Both the position numbers and the translations under genes were made by a program. A model generated the notes under the pieces. It made no database searches. It was not told the DNA's origin and worked only from the letters and a program-made list of their open reading frames with translations. A stretch of DNA of 64,000 nucleotides from Octopus bimaculoides. Lineage: Eukaryota. The DNA lies in NCBI RefSeq assembly GCF_001194135.2, contig NC_068998.1:685004-749003 (forward strand), in the 5' to 3' direction. Positions 51,721 to 64,000 of this stretch are shown here, one piece after another (the stretch's first letter is position 1; every line of letters begins with the position of its first letter).

Positions 51721-52794
51721 CAAAACTTTAATTAAGAATGTAAACGCATTCTTTCTGTGCTGTAGATGTGTGAAAAATAGACTGAGAAGACTCCTGATGG
51801 AACGTTTCATTGTTTGGTCACTGCTCCTCAGAGATGACGTACTCAGTTTTCTTCCACAATCAATATCATGGATCACTTGCTTGGCATAGCTTAATTTGCA
51901 TATTTGTGCTTTTAATGGTTCTTCATGAATTTAACAATATCTATTTTATGCATAACGTAGCGTAAATCAAGAACTAAAATAAATTTAAGTGATGCAAAAA
52001 TACAGTGAGTCACCAATAAACAATGAAACAGTCCATCGGGATACTCTCCCCATATTTCCCGCACATCAATATCATAGAATGTGTTTACCGTTTTATTTAA
52101 CACACACTAAGCCTTTGTAATGTTTTAATCTATTTCATTACATGCGTGTGTGTGTGTCTCTTTTGTCTCCCATAAATGTTGTCTCCAAAGATTTGGCCAT
52201 TATTAAAGATTCGGTCGAGAATATTGAGACGCAGTGTCCGAAGGCAATACGGGGGACATTATGAGGGCCGGTGACTTCGTGACTTTGTGATTTTTGGAAC
52301 CGTTTTCCCTTCCTGACCTACAAATGTTTGCCACAAGGGTTACCAAGATACAACATTAAAATGCAATCCATGCACAATAAATGTATTAGACAAAAAACTG
52401 AGTTGATGATGATTATGATGAAGATGATGGTGATGATGATGAGGAGGATGATGATGAGAGAGTGGGGCTGTTGGTGGAATTGCGGCTGCAATTTCGATTC
52501 AACACCATCAGCTTCGTGCCAAAACCCCTCCCCCCACCATTAACTGTTCCTTTCGTCGTGGTATAGTTAAGGTATAGAATTATAGTCAAGACATTGTTGG
52601 CAAGTTGCTTGTTAAACCTTATCTTGGAGATATCTTACAGTCAGGTAACTCTATCTAATCGCATATCAACATGCATTGCTTGGCTATAAATACGTTCATA
52701 AGTAATTCACATAACAGCAGCGTTCGTATAGATACACATGCACGCGCGTGCACTCATACACACACACTCACACACACACACATATATATATATG

Positions 52795-52837
<43 letters not shown>

Positions 52838-53818
52838 NNNNNNNNNNNNNNNNNNNNNNNNNNNNNNNNNNNNNNNNNNNNNNNNNNNNNNNNNNNNNNN
52901 NNNNNNNNNNNNNNNNNNNNNNNNNNNNNNNNNNNNNNNNNNNNNNNNNNNNNNNNNNNNNNNNNNNNNNNNNNNNNNNNNNNNNNNNNNNNNNNNNNNN
53001 NNNNNNNNNNNNNNNNNNNNNNNNNNNNNNNNNNNNNNNNNNNNNNNNNNNNNNNNNNNNNNNNNNNNNNNNNNNNNNNNNNNNNNNNNNNNNNNNNNNN
53101 NNNNNNNNNNNNNNNNNNNNNNNNNNNNNNNNNNNNNNNNNNNNNNNNNNNNNNNNNNNNNNNNNNNNNNNNNNNNNNNNNNNNNNNNNNNNNNNNNNNN
53201 NNNNNNNNNNNNNNNNNNNNNNNNNNNNNNNNNNNNNNNNNNNNNNNNNNNNNNNNNNNNNNNNNNNNNNNNNNNNNNNNNNNNNNNNNNNNNNNNNNNN
53301 NNNNNNNNNNNNNNNNNNNNNNNNNNNNNNNNNNNNNNNNNNNNNNNNNNNNNNNNNNNNNNNNNNNNNNNNNNNNNNNNNNNNNNNNNNNNNNNNNNNN
53401 NNNNNNNNNNNNNNNNNNNNNNNNNNNNNNNNNNNNNNNNNNNNNNNNNNNNNNNNNNNNNNNNNNNNNNNNNNNNNNNNNNNNNNNNNNNNNNNNNNNN
53501 NNNNNNNNNNNNNNNNNNNNNNNNNNNNNNNNNNNNNNNNNNNNNNNNNNNNNNNNNNNNNNNNNNNNNNNNNNNNNNNNNNNNNNNNNNNNNNNNNNNN
53601 NNNNNNNNNNNNNNNNNNNNNNNNNNNNNNNNNNNNNNNNNNNNNNNNNNNNNNNNNNNNNNNNNNNNNNNNNNNNNNNNNNNNNNNNNNNNNNNNNNNN
53701 NNNNNNNNNNNNNNNNNNNNNNNNNNNNNNNNNNNNNNNNNNNNNNNNNNNNNNNNNNNNNNNNNNNNNNNNNNNNNNNNNNNNNNNNNNNNNNNNNNNN
53801 NNNNNNNNNNNNNNNNNN

Positions 53819-53855
<37 letters not shown>

Positions 53856-53898
53856 TCATGCATGCGTACATGCATACCATGTATACAAATATGTACGT

Positions 53899-53931
<33 letters not shown>

Positions 53932-56364
53932 TATGTAGGTATACATATATATATACACAGACATATATAAATTCACACGCACACGCACATATACATGTGT
54001 ACACACACGCACACACACATAGTATGCTAATTTCACATGAATTGAAGCTTCCTTCATCCCCTAAAATAGGGATATTCTTAAAGCTTTCATTACTTTCTTT
54101 CTCTTTTCTCTGTGTTATTTTTTGCTTTGCAGTCTTCAGTCTTCACGTAAGCTATAACAGTATATAAAACCCACAGGTGACGTATCCATTACTTCTATTT
54201 TTACACTGTTATTACTGTCGTAAGGTAACTGAACTTAAGATCGGAGCTTATCTCCCTTGAGATGCACAAGTCCTTATAACGAGGCAAAAATGAAACTGAC
54301 TTAAGCTTTCATCCCAGTTGATAAGTATTAACTGCGACTTAACCCCTTCACACATCTTAAACTTTACACCTTCATTCCAAACCATACATTTTTATATCAG
54401 CATTCAGTTCCAAGGTTCTGCTTCCGGCATACATATTTAAGATCCATTATTTTCAGCTTTTCCTTTTGCATGCGTGTATGGATACGTATATCGGTGGGCG
54501 ATCACACGTGCTTTGATGATGTTATGATTTCATATGTCTATGCGTCCACGTTATTATAATTCTATCTGCTTTTAGTTATTGCACTCATTTGGTGCAACAA
54601 TTATTAAATAAACTAAGGAGTTATCCATCATATGATAGTAAATGTTGAAAATCTAGTGATACCTTTGTAGATAATACCGTTGTAGTTAATGTTGCATTTC
54701 TACAATAATTGCAATATTATATTTCTAAAATAATAACATGAATACCAATATTCAAAATCAAAATATTTATTGAAATAGAATAAAATATAATAAATTTCTC
54801 ATATTTCCATTAGATGTATATTATCAATAACAATACTACTGTTTACCGATCAAATCATTACAAATCTAATATTGCGGATCTAATTACAGAGCTAATATGT
54901 ATATGCCGGCATTTATACATTTATACATACACACACACGTACACACGTATGTATGTATGTATGTATGTATGTATGTATGTATGTATGTATGAGCGCGTAC
55001 TACTATACCCCTGCGATTATTTGTGTGCCAGGGTAGCCTCAATAAATTTTACTCTAGCCATCAATTTTCAGCCACCAAAAAATTGACTCTTTTTTCTAGG
55101 GTTTGTTTTCTTGTACGTTTTATCGATTGTATCGGTCTCCAATCAGTTAACCAATAATTTGCCGAAGACAGGAAAAAAACAGTTTGTTTATGAAATATTT
55201 ACTAATGTAAGGATAAATTTTTTGTTTTGTTTTTAAAACGGCTTTCCTTTCTGATGATGTTAACATATTAAAGTATGTTTCCTCGCTCTAGTTATCGTAC
55301 GATGGAAGGAAAACTACATCTGCTGCACAACACTGAAATTCAAGAGAAATACAGTCCTACACATAATTAATAACCGTGCAATTTCTTCTTGATATAATTG
55401 ACAATAATAGCTTGTATTAATATCTTTACTAGTTGCTGATTGCTAAAAAGTTTAATGTGGGTACTGAAAAGTTATTGATGATTATAATAGTTAGCGTTGA
55501 TGACTGCAGCAGATCTCCATGGCTGTATTGGTGACAATAGAAGTTACGTTGCTTTTATCCCTTCTAAAGCATTCTTTTTTTTTTCTTCTCTCTCTCTCTT
55601 TCCGTCTTTCTCGACAAAGGAAAACATTCTGAAACGTCGATATCTTTCTCTCTTTCACAATACAACACTATTAACTTTCTCTCATGTTTATTTTCTCATT
55701 TTGCCACCCTGGTTTTTGCTTCTGAGCCACCCGATCTATATTTACTGCAATGACAAGACGAAAATCAGGTTAATCGATATAGAATTTGTTACATTAGCTT
55801 GTATTAGTTGTTTTGGTAGTTCGTATTAGAAGCAGTTAGTATAGTTCGTTATAATAGTTAGTATTGGTGGTTATAAAAGCAGTTAGTTTTAGGGTTTTGA
55901 TAGGGTTATTGGTTGTACTAGTTGGTATGGGTAATCCATCTTTGTCCATGACGTAAGTAGCAGGAGCATATTGGTACGAACCAAACACCTATACTCCAAG
56001 CTGGTTTTGTGCCAAAGGAAGAAATTAATATCAAGTAAACTGAAGTTGATAGAGTAGGGGGGTGAGGAATTAAAGTTTAACTTTTTTAATTTTGTTTTTC
56101 TATGATCTGAATTCATATCCCAATTTGATGGACATCACCTGTCCTCGGAGGCTAAATACCAGTAATTCACTGAGTTCTGATGATGGATCAATGAAATATC
56201 AAGTGAACTGAAAGGTTTGGATCGGGGGGGGGGAGTAAATGGCGGAATTGGTTGAGGGTCGGAATAAAGGAAAGAAGAAAAGTGAAGAAAATTATAGGCA
56301 GGGAGTGGAAACAGAAGGGAGAATGACTGAGGGGAGTAGGAGACAGATAAATAAAGGGATGAGG

Positions 56365-56440
56365 AGGAGAAGAAGAAGAAGAAGAAGAAGAAGAAGAAGA
56401 AGAAGAAGAAGAAGAAGAAGAAGAAGAAGAAGAAGAAGAA
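56365..56440. repeat. (AGA)n microsatellite
   Basis: Direct reading. Source of the poly-R and poly-F ORFs. Confidence 0.95.
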
Positions 56441-56885
56441 TATTATGTAAGGAAAAGCAATTCTAGAGAAAGAAAAAGAGAGAGAGAGAAAGAGTGGGGA
56501 GCCGAAGGGGGAAGGATAGATAAAAGAGCAAATAGAGAATTTGAGAAAGAGTAAAAAGAATAAGAGAGAGAGGGAGGTAAGAGAAGGAACGAGAGAGGGA
56601 AAGAAAGACAGAGATGGAGAGAGAAAGAGCAAGTGAGTCTATGAGAGTTATGTATGAGAAGAGAAAATAAGTAGAATGGTTGAGAAAAGTAGCTGGATGT
56701 ACGAGGTTCCCATTTACAGGTGACTGGAATAAAATAGCTTGAAATTAGATAATGTAAGTAGATCTTGTTTATGTGATGGAGAAATGGCAGTGAAAGTTGT
56801 AAATCTCTAAATTGTGCAGCAGGCAGTTCGCCATCTTGATTGGGTCGTCTGCTGAATGAGGGAGAGGGGGAAAAAGAGGGACAGT

Positions 56886-56934
<49 letters not shown>

Positions 56935-57630
56935 NNNNNNNNNNNNNNNNNNNNNNNNNNNNNNNNNNNNNNNNNNNNNNNNNNNNNNNNNNNNNNNNNN
57001 NNNNNNNNNNNNNNNNNNNNNNNNNNNNNNNNNNNNNNNNNNNNNNNNNNNNNNNNNNNNNNNNNNNNNNNNNNNNNNNNNNNNNNNNNNNNNNNNNNNN
57101 NNNNNNNNNNNNNNNNNNNNNNNNNNNNNNNNNNNNNNNNNNNNNNNNNNNNNNNNNNNNNNNNNNNNNNNNNNNNNNNNNNNNNNNNNNNNNNNNNNNN
57201 NNNNNNNNNNNNNNNNNNNNNNNNNNNNNNNNNNNNNNNNNNNNNNNNNNNNNNNNNNNNNNNNNNNNNNNNNNNNNNNNNNNNNNNNNNNNNNNNNNNN
57301 NNNNNNNNNNNNNNNNNNNNNNNNNNNNNNNNNNNNNNNNNNNNNNNNNNNNNNNNNNNNNNNNNNNNNNNNNNNNNNNNNNNNNNNNNNNNNNNNNNNN
57401 NNNNNNNNNNNNNNNNNNNNNNNNNNNNNNNNNNNNNNNNNNNNNNNNNNNNNNNNNNNNNNNNNNNNNNNNNNNNNNNNNNNNNNNNNNNNNNNNNNNN
57501 NNNNNNNNNNNNNNNNNNNNNNNNNNNNNNNNNNNNNNNNNNNNNNNNNNNNNNNNNNNNNNNNNNNNNNNNNNNNNNNNNNNNNNNNNNNNNNNNNNNN
57601 NNNATATTTGTATGTATATATATATATTTG

Positions 57631-57682
<52 letters not shown>

Positions 57683-58461
57683 TATATATATATATATGTA
57701 TGTGTGTATGTTGCAACATAAATTGATATATATATATTTATATCCATCTATCTATTCTATCTACCTACCTACCTAACTACCCGCCCACCTCTCCCGCTCT
57801 CCTCTATTTCCACGAAATGTCGACACAAATGACAAGGGAATTTGGTAAATTGCCTATTTGTATATATATTGTTTTTTTTGTTTTTTTTCTATCTGAGCTG
57901 AAACTAAAAATAGAGAACCAACCTATTATTTAAGCAAGCTTAAATTAACACATTTACCGCCAGACTTTTGCTGATAAACGTCTCATCGTCATTTCTTTTT
58001 CATCAAAAAAAGATAAATAATCATTAGAAAATACATTTAAATCGTTTTTGTATATTTTTAATAAAATTCCTTGAAGACAAATATCGATTTCTTGAATAAC
58101 TTCAGCTCTATTTTCTGGTTGCTGTTTTCTTTTTTATTTAGTGTATTAAGCTTAGGAGAAGATAAAAGGGACTTTTTAGAAAACAGTTCCTCACAGAAGT
58201 TAATTAATTCGTTTGTAAAATGTGTTTTGACAATGTTGTGTCAAAACTGGCTGAAACGGTGTCGTAGTGTGAGATCTTCCAAGATAATGGTTCGACAGGA
58301 ATAGCAAAATCAATCAGTGGAAGCTGGTGAAGTACTTGTTGAATATAGCGTGTTAACGCGTCTTCCGACGTTCTGTCTTCCTCATTGCATCTATCTAGAG
58401 TTTGGTAGATTGAGTTATCGAAAGTAAAAGATCTTGTTCATAAGACTTGGTGATGGGATGT

Positions 58462-58464
<3 letters not shown>

Positions 58465-58545
<81 letters not shown>
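58465..58545. repeat. (GA)n microsatellite
   Basis: Direct reading. Confidence 0.95.
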
Positions 58546-58548
<3 letters not shown>

Positions 58549-59456
58549 GCTTAGTACTTGCCATGTCGGCAATAATATTTATGGTGGTAAATCATATCAC
58601 ACTGTGGTACCTGTTTACTACTGAATGAACTGTACCTTACTGGGGAACTTAGAGCTTGATGGATATATCTCATTCTGGTACCTACTCACAGAGAAGTAAA
58701 CCGTACTTCACCTATTTAGCATGTAGATGGATGTACCTCACCAGTGGTACCTACTTAGAGATTGATAAACTCAGAAGTTGAGATCTGAACACATTGGCCT
58801 CGAATACAATCTTCTCCGCCAGCATGACACGAACCACGCTTCTACAGGCTTGTCCATCGCTATGTTATACACAACATGTTCAGTTCTATTAAAAGCTTTC
58901 ATGTTTTATAGTTGACTGTCTGAAAACCTTAAAAAGATAGTTCAGAAAGTTTATTTGAATATAAAATACAAACGACACCATAATACAAGCAAAAGCAACT
59001 GCTAAATAACAAATGCATCAACTCATAAAAAAAAAAACGAATTTTATTGACGTCGTTTAACAAGATTTGCGAGAAACTTTCATTGGAACATTGTGTTGAA
59101 GTAATCACATCTTCCCGGAATCCTTTAACTTCATAGCACCACCGTAACGCTAAATGTTTCAACTCTTATCTCAACGCATAAACTACTGCTGCGCCATAGA
59201 ACCAAGCAGACGTTCGAGACAAAAAGAAGAAAAAAAGACAAGTCAACGTTGTTTGTTGTTTATTGAGCATACTCGACTACTAAGCCATACATACTACTTT
59301 AATACTAAAATACTAACTTATTAACGTATGTAAACCATTTTAAGAGCGAAAAATAAAGCAAATTTTACTAACAGTTCATATAGATTATTGGTGGAGATGG
59401 TGTCGGATTTGACGGGATGAATATATATTTTTTTCTTTCCAGTAAATATATATTGG

Positions 59457-59459
<3 letters not shown>

Positions 59460-59543
<84 letters not shown>
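59460..59543. repeat. (CA)n microsatellite
   Basis: Direct reading. Confidence 0.95.
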
Positions 59544-59546
<3 letters not shown>

Positions 59547-60769
59547 GCTGAAAAGCACGAGGACAGATACATTCCTCTTTGGTAGAGCTCTCATTGGCTT
59601 CTTCACTGCAAACGGTAGAGCACCGACCTGATACCTTTAAGAGGTCTAACTTAGTATCATATTCCTGTCCAGAATTCCTATCGACGGAATTGTCTTCATT
59701 AGTGAGGTGCAGGTGATGAGAATAAGTACCAGTTATACACTGTGGATCCATTCAGTTCGTCTGCATAAATAAATTTGTACAAAATATTCAGACGTTACTA
59801 AACAGAGCAATCAACATCACTACCACTATCATCATCATCGTCGTCATCATCATCATCATCATCATCATCATCGTCGTCGTCATCATCATCATTTCTAGTA
59901 GCCATTTAAATCACCCCGTCACACACACACACACACATTGTTAGTCATTTCCTGCCACTGAATGGAAAAGGAAAAGAAAACCTAAAAAAAGTATATATGG
60001 GAGGGCGAGATGGGGGTTAGGGGAAATAAAGAATAAAAACTAATCCGTGTAATTAATATTTAATTGAATAAAGGAGCCTGGCTGTCCCGGCACGTGATTT
60101 GGTCTTTATGTATTCTTCTTTATCACAATGACGTCAAAGAGGTAGGAGGGATAGGGGAGATAATCACACATTTCCCTCTTATCTGATGCAAACATATCTG
60201 AACTTTAATCGATTCCTTCACCTGTTTCTGTCCGTCCTCCACACAGAACAACATTATAGAAAACTTAGACATCTTCACAGAAATTCTCAACTATTGTCTG
60301 CTGTTGTTGTTGTTATTGTTGTCGTCGTTGTTGTTTGTTTGCTGTTGTTGGTCTTAAATAATGAAGGAACTAGTGTCCTACATATAGTCTTCGTTGTTAT
60401 TTCTCTTGTAGTTGTGAAGTTTCAAGCCACCAAACCAGTTCTATCGATCACATTCTGTGATCAAAGACGCCCCACCACTGTTATCCCTTCTGTCTCTCAG
60501 CCATTGTGTACCTCGGACTACGTTATCTAAAGTGTACCTCCCTCTTCCAGATGGTTAGAAAACTTGACTCTATTTCTAACAGATCATGTAGATCGGAAGT
60601 TCTCAACGTGGGCTGTACCTCCCCCAAGGGAGCACTGAGCATGTTGAAGGGGACGGTGAGGAGGACGGTGTGGTAATATAATTAACATACATGTATAGTA
60701 ATAATGATATTATACATGATGAAACTAGTAACAGTTCAGTTGTATATTTGAGAGTTGAGGAATTGTGTA

Positions 60770-60858
60770 CATTATTTACATTTGACGGATATTTGTCCTC
60801 ATTTTGTTTGTTGTTAACACAACATTTCGGCTGATGTACTCTCCAGCCTTCATCAGGT
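60770..60858 (+). mobile_element. Penelope-type terminal-repeat fragment
   Basis: ACAACATTTCGGCTGATGTACTCTCCAGCCTTCATCAGGTG resembles the ACGTTTCG...CTTC(T/A)TCAG motif of Penelope pseudo-LTRs. Similar motifs at about 25430 and 51800. Confidence 0.45.
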
Positions 60859-61055
60859 GAGCAACGGTTAGCCGACCAGGCAAGAGCAATAAGAGCAACA
60901 GGGTGGTTAACAGACATGGAAATAGAAGAGATAAAAATGAAAGTAGAAGACAGAAATAACACTTCACCAACAGATAACGTCCCCAGTGAGAACACAAAAA
61001 TGAAAGGCAGCAGCGAAGATGGAAGGCAAAGTGTAAATGTAAATGCATTCTGAGC
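60859..61055 (+). mobile_element. R4/Dong-like non-LTR element N-terminal fragment (EQRLADQARAIRATGWLTDMEIEEIK)
   Basis: The EQRLADQ.R.I...WL...EIEEIK motif is typical of the N-terminus of R4-clade ORFs. Confidence 0.7.
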
Positions 61056-61169
61056 AAATGAAGCAGAAGTAATAGGAAGAGATATATCGCAAGAATACGA
61101 TGATGACCAACAAGACATAATGAGGACACTGTGCCGATATATTAGAGAAAACCAGGCTTAAGCACTCCC

Positions 61170-61630
61170 AGTCTGATGGAGTTCTAATTTTCTTTCATTT
61201 CTGTGTGATGTATTTTAGCTGTTTCTTTTATTCCTAGATATTTGCATGGACGATTGCGATCTGATTCTCTGACTTCTGTGTGTATATCGAGAGCAGTATT
61301 TTCAGTGCTGGTTAATCTGCCTCTTCTCACTGTCATTTTGGCACATTTGTCCAACCCCATGCCCATCCCGGAGTCCTTGCTGAAACTATAGACAATTTTT
61401 AGAAAACTTTCTGTTCCATGGTATTTTTAGTAAGCCATTTTTAAGTCATCCATGTTTAAGTGATGGTTTATTGCTTGTCCATAGCATCTGTTAACTATGG
61501 TGGTTTCATTTAACAAGTTTGTTAGCAGGATAAGAGCAAGGCAGAAAAGCAGGAATGATAGCAAGTCTCCTTGCAAAGGAGACTTTTACAGGTTGTTGAT
61601 AGGCAAGTTATTGGCCTATAATTTTGTGGG
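61170..61630 (-). mobile_element. R4/Dong-like reverse-transcriptase fragment, internally deleted
   Basis: Minus strand: NYRPITCLST, then directly QGDLLSFLLFCLAL, NHHLNMDDLK, GLDKCAK and KYLGIKE...H.EMKE. Confidence 0.85.
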
Positions 61631-61732
61631 TGGATGATGTCTTTACTTTTCGGAATTGAGGCGGCTTGTCCTTTCAGCATCAGAATTGGTGTTGATTATC
61701 GTTAAACTAAACGCTGCCACTATGTGAGCATG

Positions 61733-61734
61733 GG

Positions 61735-61765
<31 letters not shown>

Positions 61766-61767
61766 CA

Positions 61768-61855
<88 letters not shown>
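61733..61855. repeat. (TTG)n(TTA)n microsatellite
   Basis: Direct reading. Source of the poly-C/Y/L ORFs. Confidence 0.95.
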
Positions 61856-62951
61856 CGCGTTACCGAAAACTGGCTGTTTGGATTTGCATGTTTCACATTG
61901 CAGGTTATATCATCTATAAATTCCTTCCTTTACCTGCAGGTAGGCCACATTAGGGTAACATCAGAGATTTGTTTTGTATTGCTGGTGAAGGTGGTGGTGG
62001 TAGTGGTGATAGCAGCGCGGTGGGTTGTGGTGGGTTCTACAAGAATATGAAGAGCACAGTACAAGTGAGAGATGTGAAAAGTCTGTTGAAATATCGTAAG
62101 TTATATCAGTCAATGTTGACATAACACTAACACCAGTTTGGTGTCTACTTTCAGTCGTACTTCACACCCCTCCCCCCAGGCAAAAGAAAGAAAAAAAAAC
62201 GATAGAAAACATTTATTCTATTACGTTATAACAATCAGTTAAACCCAACCCAAGCACTTTCGTTACTGCTGTTGATGACGATGATGATGTTGTTGCTGTT
62301 TTTGTTATTTGCACCATTTACTAAATTGGGACGATGTCTCAACAGTAAAANNNNNNNNNNNNNNNNNNNNNNNNNNNNNNNNNNNNNNNNNNNNNNNNNN
62401 NNNNNNNNNNNNNNNNNNNNNNNNNNNNNNNNNNNNNNNNNNNNNNNNNNNNNNNNNNNNNNNNNNNNNNNNNNNNNNNNNNNNNNNNNNNNNNNNNNNN
62501 NNNNNNNNNNNNNNNNNNNNNNNNNNNNNNNNNNNNNNNNNNNNNNNNNNNNNNNNNNNNNNNNNNNNNNNNNNNNNNNNNNNNNNNNNNNNNNNNNNNN
62601 NNNNNNNNNNNNNNNNNNNNNNNNNNNNNNNNNNNNNNNNNNNNNNNNNNNNNNNNNNNNNNNNNNNNNNNNNNNNNNNNNNNNNNNNNNNNNNNNNNNN
62701 NNNNNNNNNNNNNNNNNNNNNNNNNNNNNNNNNNNNNNNNNNNNNNNNNNNNNNNNNNNNNNNNNNNNNNNNNNNNNNNNNNNNNNNNNNNNNNNNNNNN
62801 NNNNNNNNNNNNNNNNNNNNNNNNNNNNNNNNNNNNNNNNATATATATATATATATATATACGTAGAAAATAAGCAGAAAATGGAGAAAACTTTTGAACA
62901 ACAAATAAATTGACCACCATCAGTTAAAAAAGAAAAAGAAAGCCCTTACCC

Positions 62952-63574
62952 ATCAATGGTTAGTGTCTTCTGGCTTAAAATCAGAAACAGGAGGGTTTAT
63001 CATAGCAGCCCAAGATCAATGCCTACCTACCAGGAACTACCAGGCCAACATATTAAAGAACGGTAGTAGCCCAACATGTCGTGTATGTAAACAACACATT
63101 GAAACTATTGATCATGTTGTCTCCATGTGCCTACAGAGTATCTCAACAGGCATGATAGAGCAGCACAATATATTCACGGGATAACTTTCAAAAACCTGGA
63201 CTTGCCCCATGATAAAAACTGGTGGGAAAACAAACCATCTCCAGTGCTTAAAAATGATCACGTCTCACTCCTCTGGAACTTCACCATTCAAACTGACAGA
63301 AAGATAGATGCGAATAGGCCAGGCATTATACTGAAAGACTTCAGACAAAAATCATGCTTCCTCATTGATATTGATATGACTGTCCCAATCGATATAAACT
63401 CATAGTTTTCTTATGTTTTCTAAAACATTCTCTAAAACAACACTATGTGCAAGACCAAATATATGGCACCCTAGGCATAACACCAACATGAACTTCTAAC
63501 TTGTTGTCTCTTGAGGTCTCTGGGTGAGACTTGGAGTCAACTTGTACAAATACTAAGCAAAAGCCAAACAAATA

Positions 63575-63633
<59 letters not shown>
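62952..63633 (+). mobile_element. 5'-truncated R4/Dong-like RLE retroelement 3' end with (TAA)n tail
   Basis: LKSETGGFIIAAQDQ, CCHC knuckle CRVC..HIETIDHVVSMC, RHD, LLWNFTIQTDRKIDANRPGII...CFLID..VP (PD-(D/E)xK nuclease, frameshifted), then 3' UTR and (TAA)n at 63575-63633. Confidence 0.88.
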
Positions 63634-63635
<2 letters not shown>

Positions 63636-64000
63636 TGATGCAGTACTAGGCAGTGGCTCTCATGGCTTCTGATCTGAACTGACTGGAAGTGTTATCATGT
63701 ACATTGTTTTGTCTTGGTATAAAAGATGGACTACAGCAAATATTCTGCTCAATACCATAGACTTCCTTGTCTGTTGTTTGATCTGAACCAGTCGAGCATG
63801 TCCCTTGGTGGCTGACGATGTGTGCATCTCTGATCACGAGCAGAAGTAGCGCTGAGTTGAGAGGAATTCTATTTTTGAATCATTTTGGAATTCATTTTGT
63901 CTTGTTTTTTTTTTTTTTTGTCCAGTTAATTTTAGTTAATTTTTGTTTATTTTCATATCATTAAAATGGAATGCCGAGTTAAGTAAAACGAGCATTTTCC

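Noticed and set aside
56239-56466. Protamine-like poly-Arg ORF
   Set aside because: Translation of an (AGA)n microsatellite.
52671-57776. ORFs of 290-430 aa
   Set aside because: Mostly N-gap X residues plus microsatellites.

Overview
Eukaryotic, AT-rich, intron-rich DNA saturated with microsatellites and SINEs, with several N gaps. The repeat landscape suggests an octopus or other coleoid cephalopod (inference). The left half holds the 3' part of a + strand CASK/lin-2 MAGUK gene: SH3, HOOK and guanylate-kinase-like (GK) exons ending in QWVPVSWVY* at 27462. I assembled these by hand from splice sites and phases, since the ORF track misses most of them. Main result: the GK domain contains a tandem-duplicated, same-phase exon pair (22574-22654 and 23460-23543). 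The pair is conserved in protein but almost fully diverged at synonymous sites, the signature of an old mutually exclusive exon (MXE) pair. The SH3-HOOK junction uses a non-canonical GC donor that has been triplicated in a 27-nt in-frame repeat. The 11.4-kb HOOK intron also contains in-frame candidate cassette exons, so the SH3-HOOK-GK module may be diversified combinatorially by splicing. SINE copies left of about 39 kb show systematic CpG decay while copies right of about 40 kb keep CpG, which records a gene-body methylation boundary. The right half has no recognisable host gene and contains TE relics (RTE, Penelope-like, R4/Dong-like RLE retroelements, SINEs, a MITE-like hairpin) and cryptic tandem repeats. 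Most listed ORFs are microsatellite or N-gap artefacts. Family assignments are by motif recognition from memory, not database searches.
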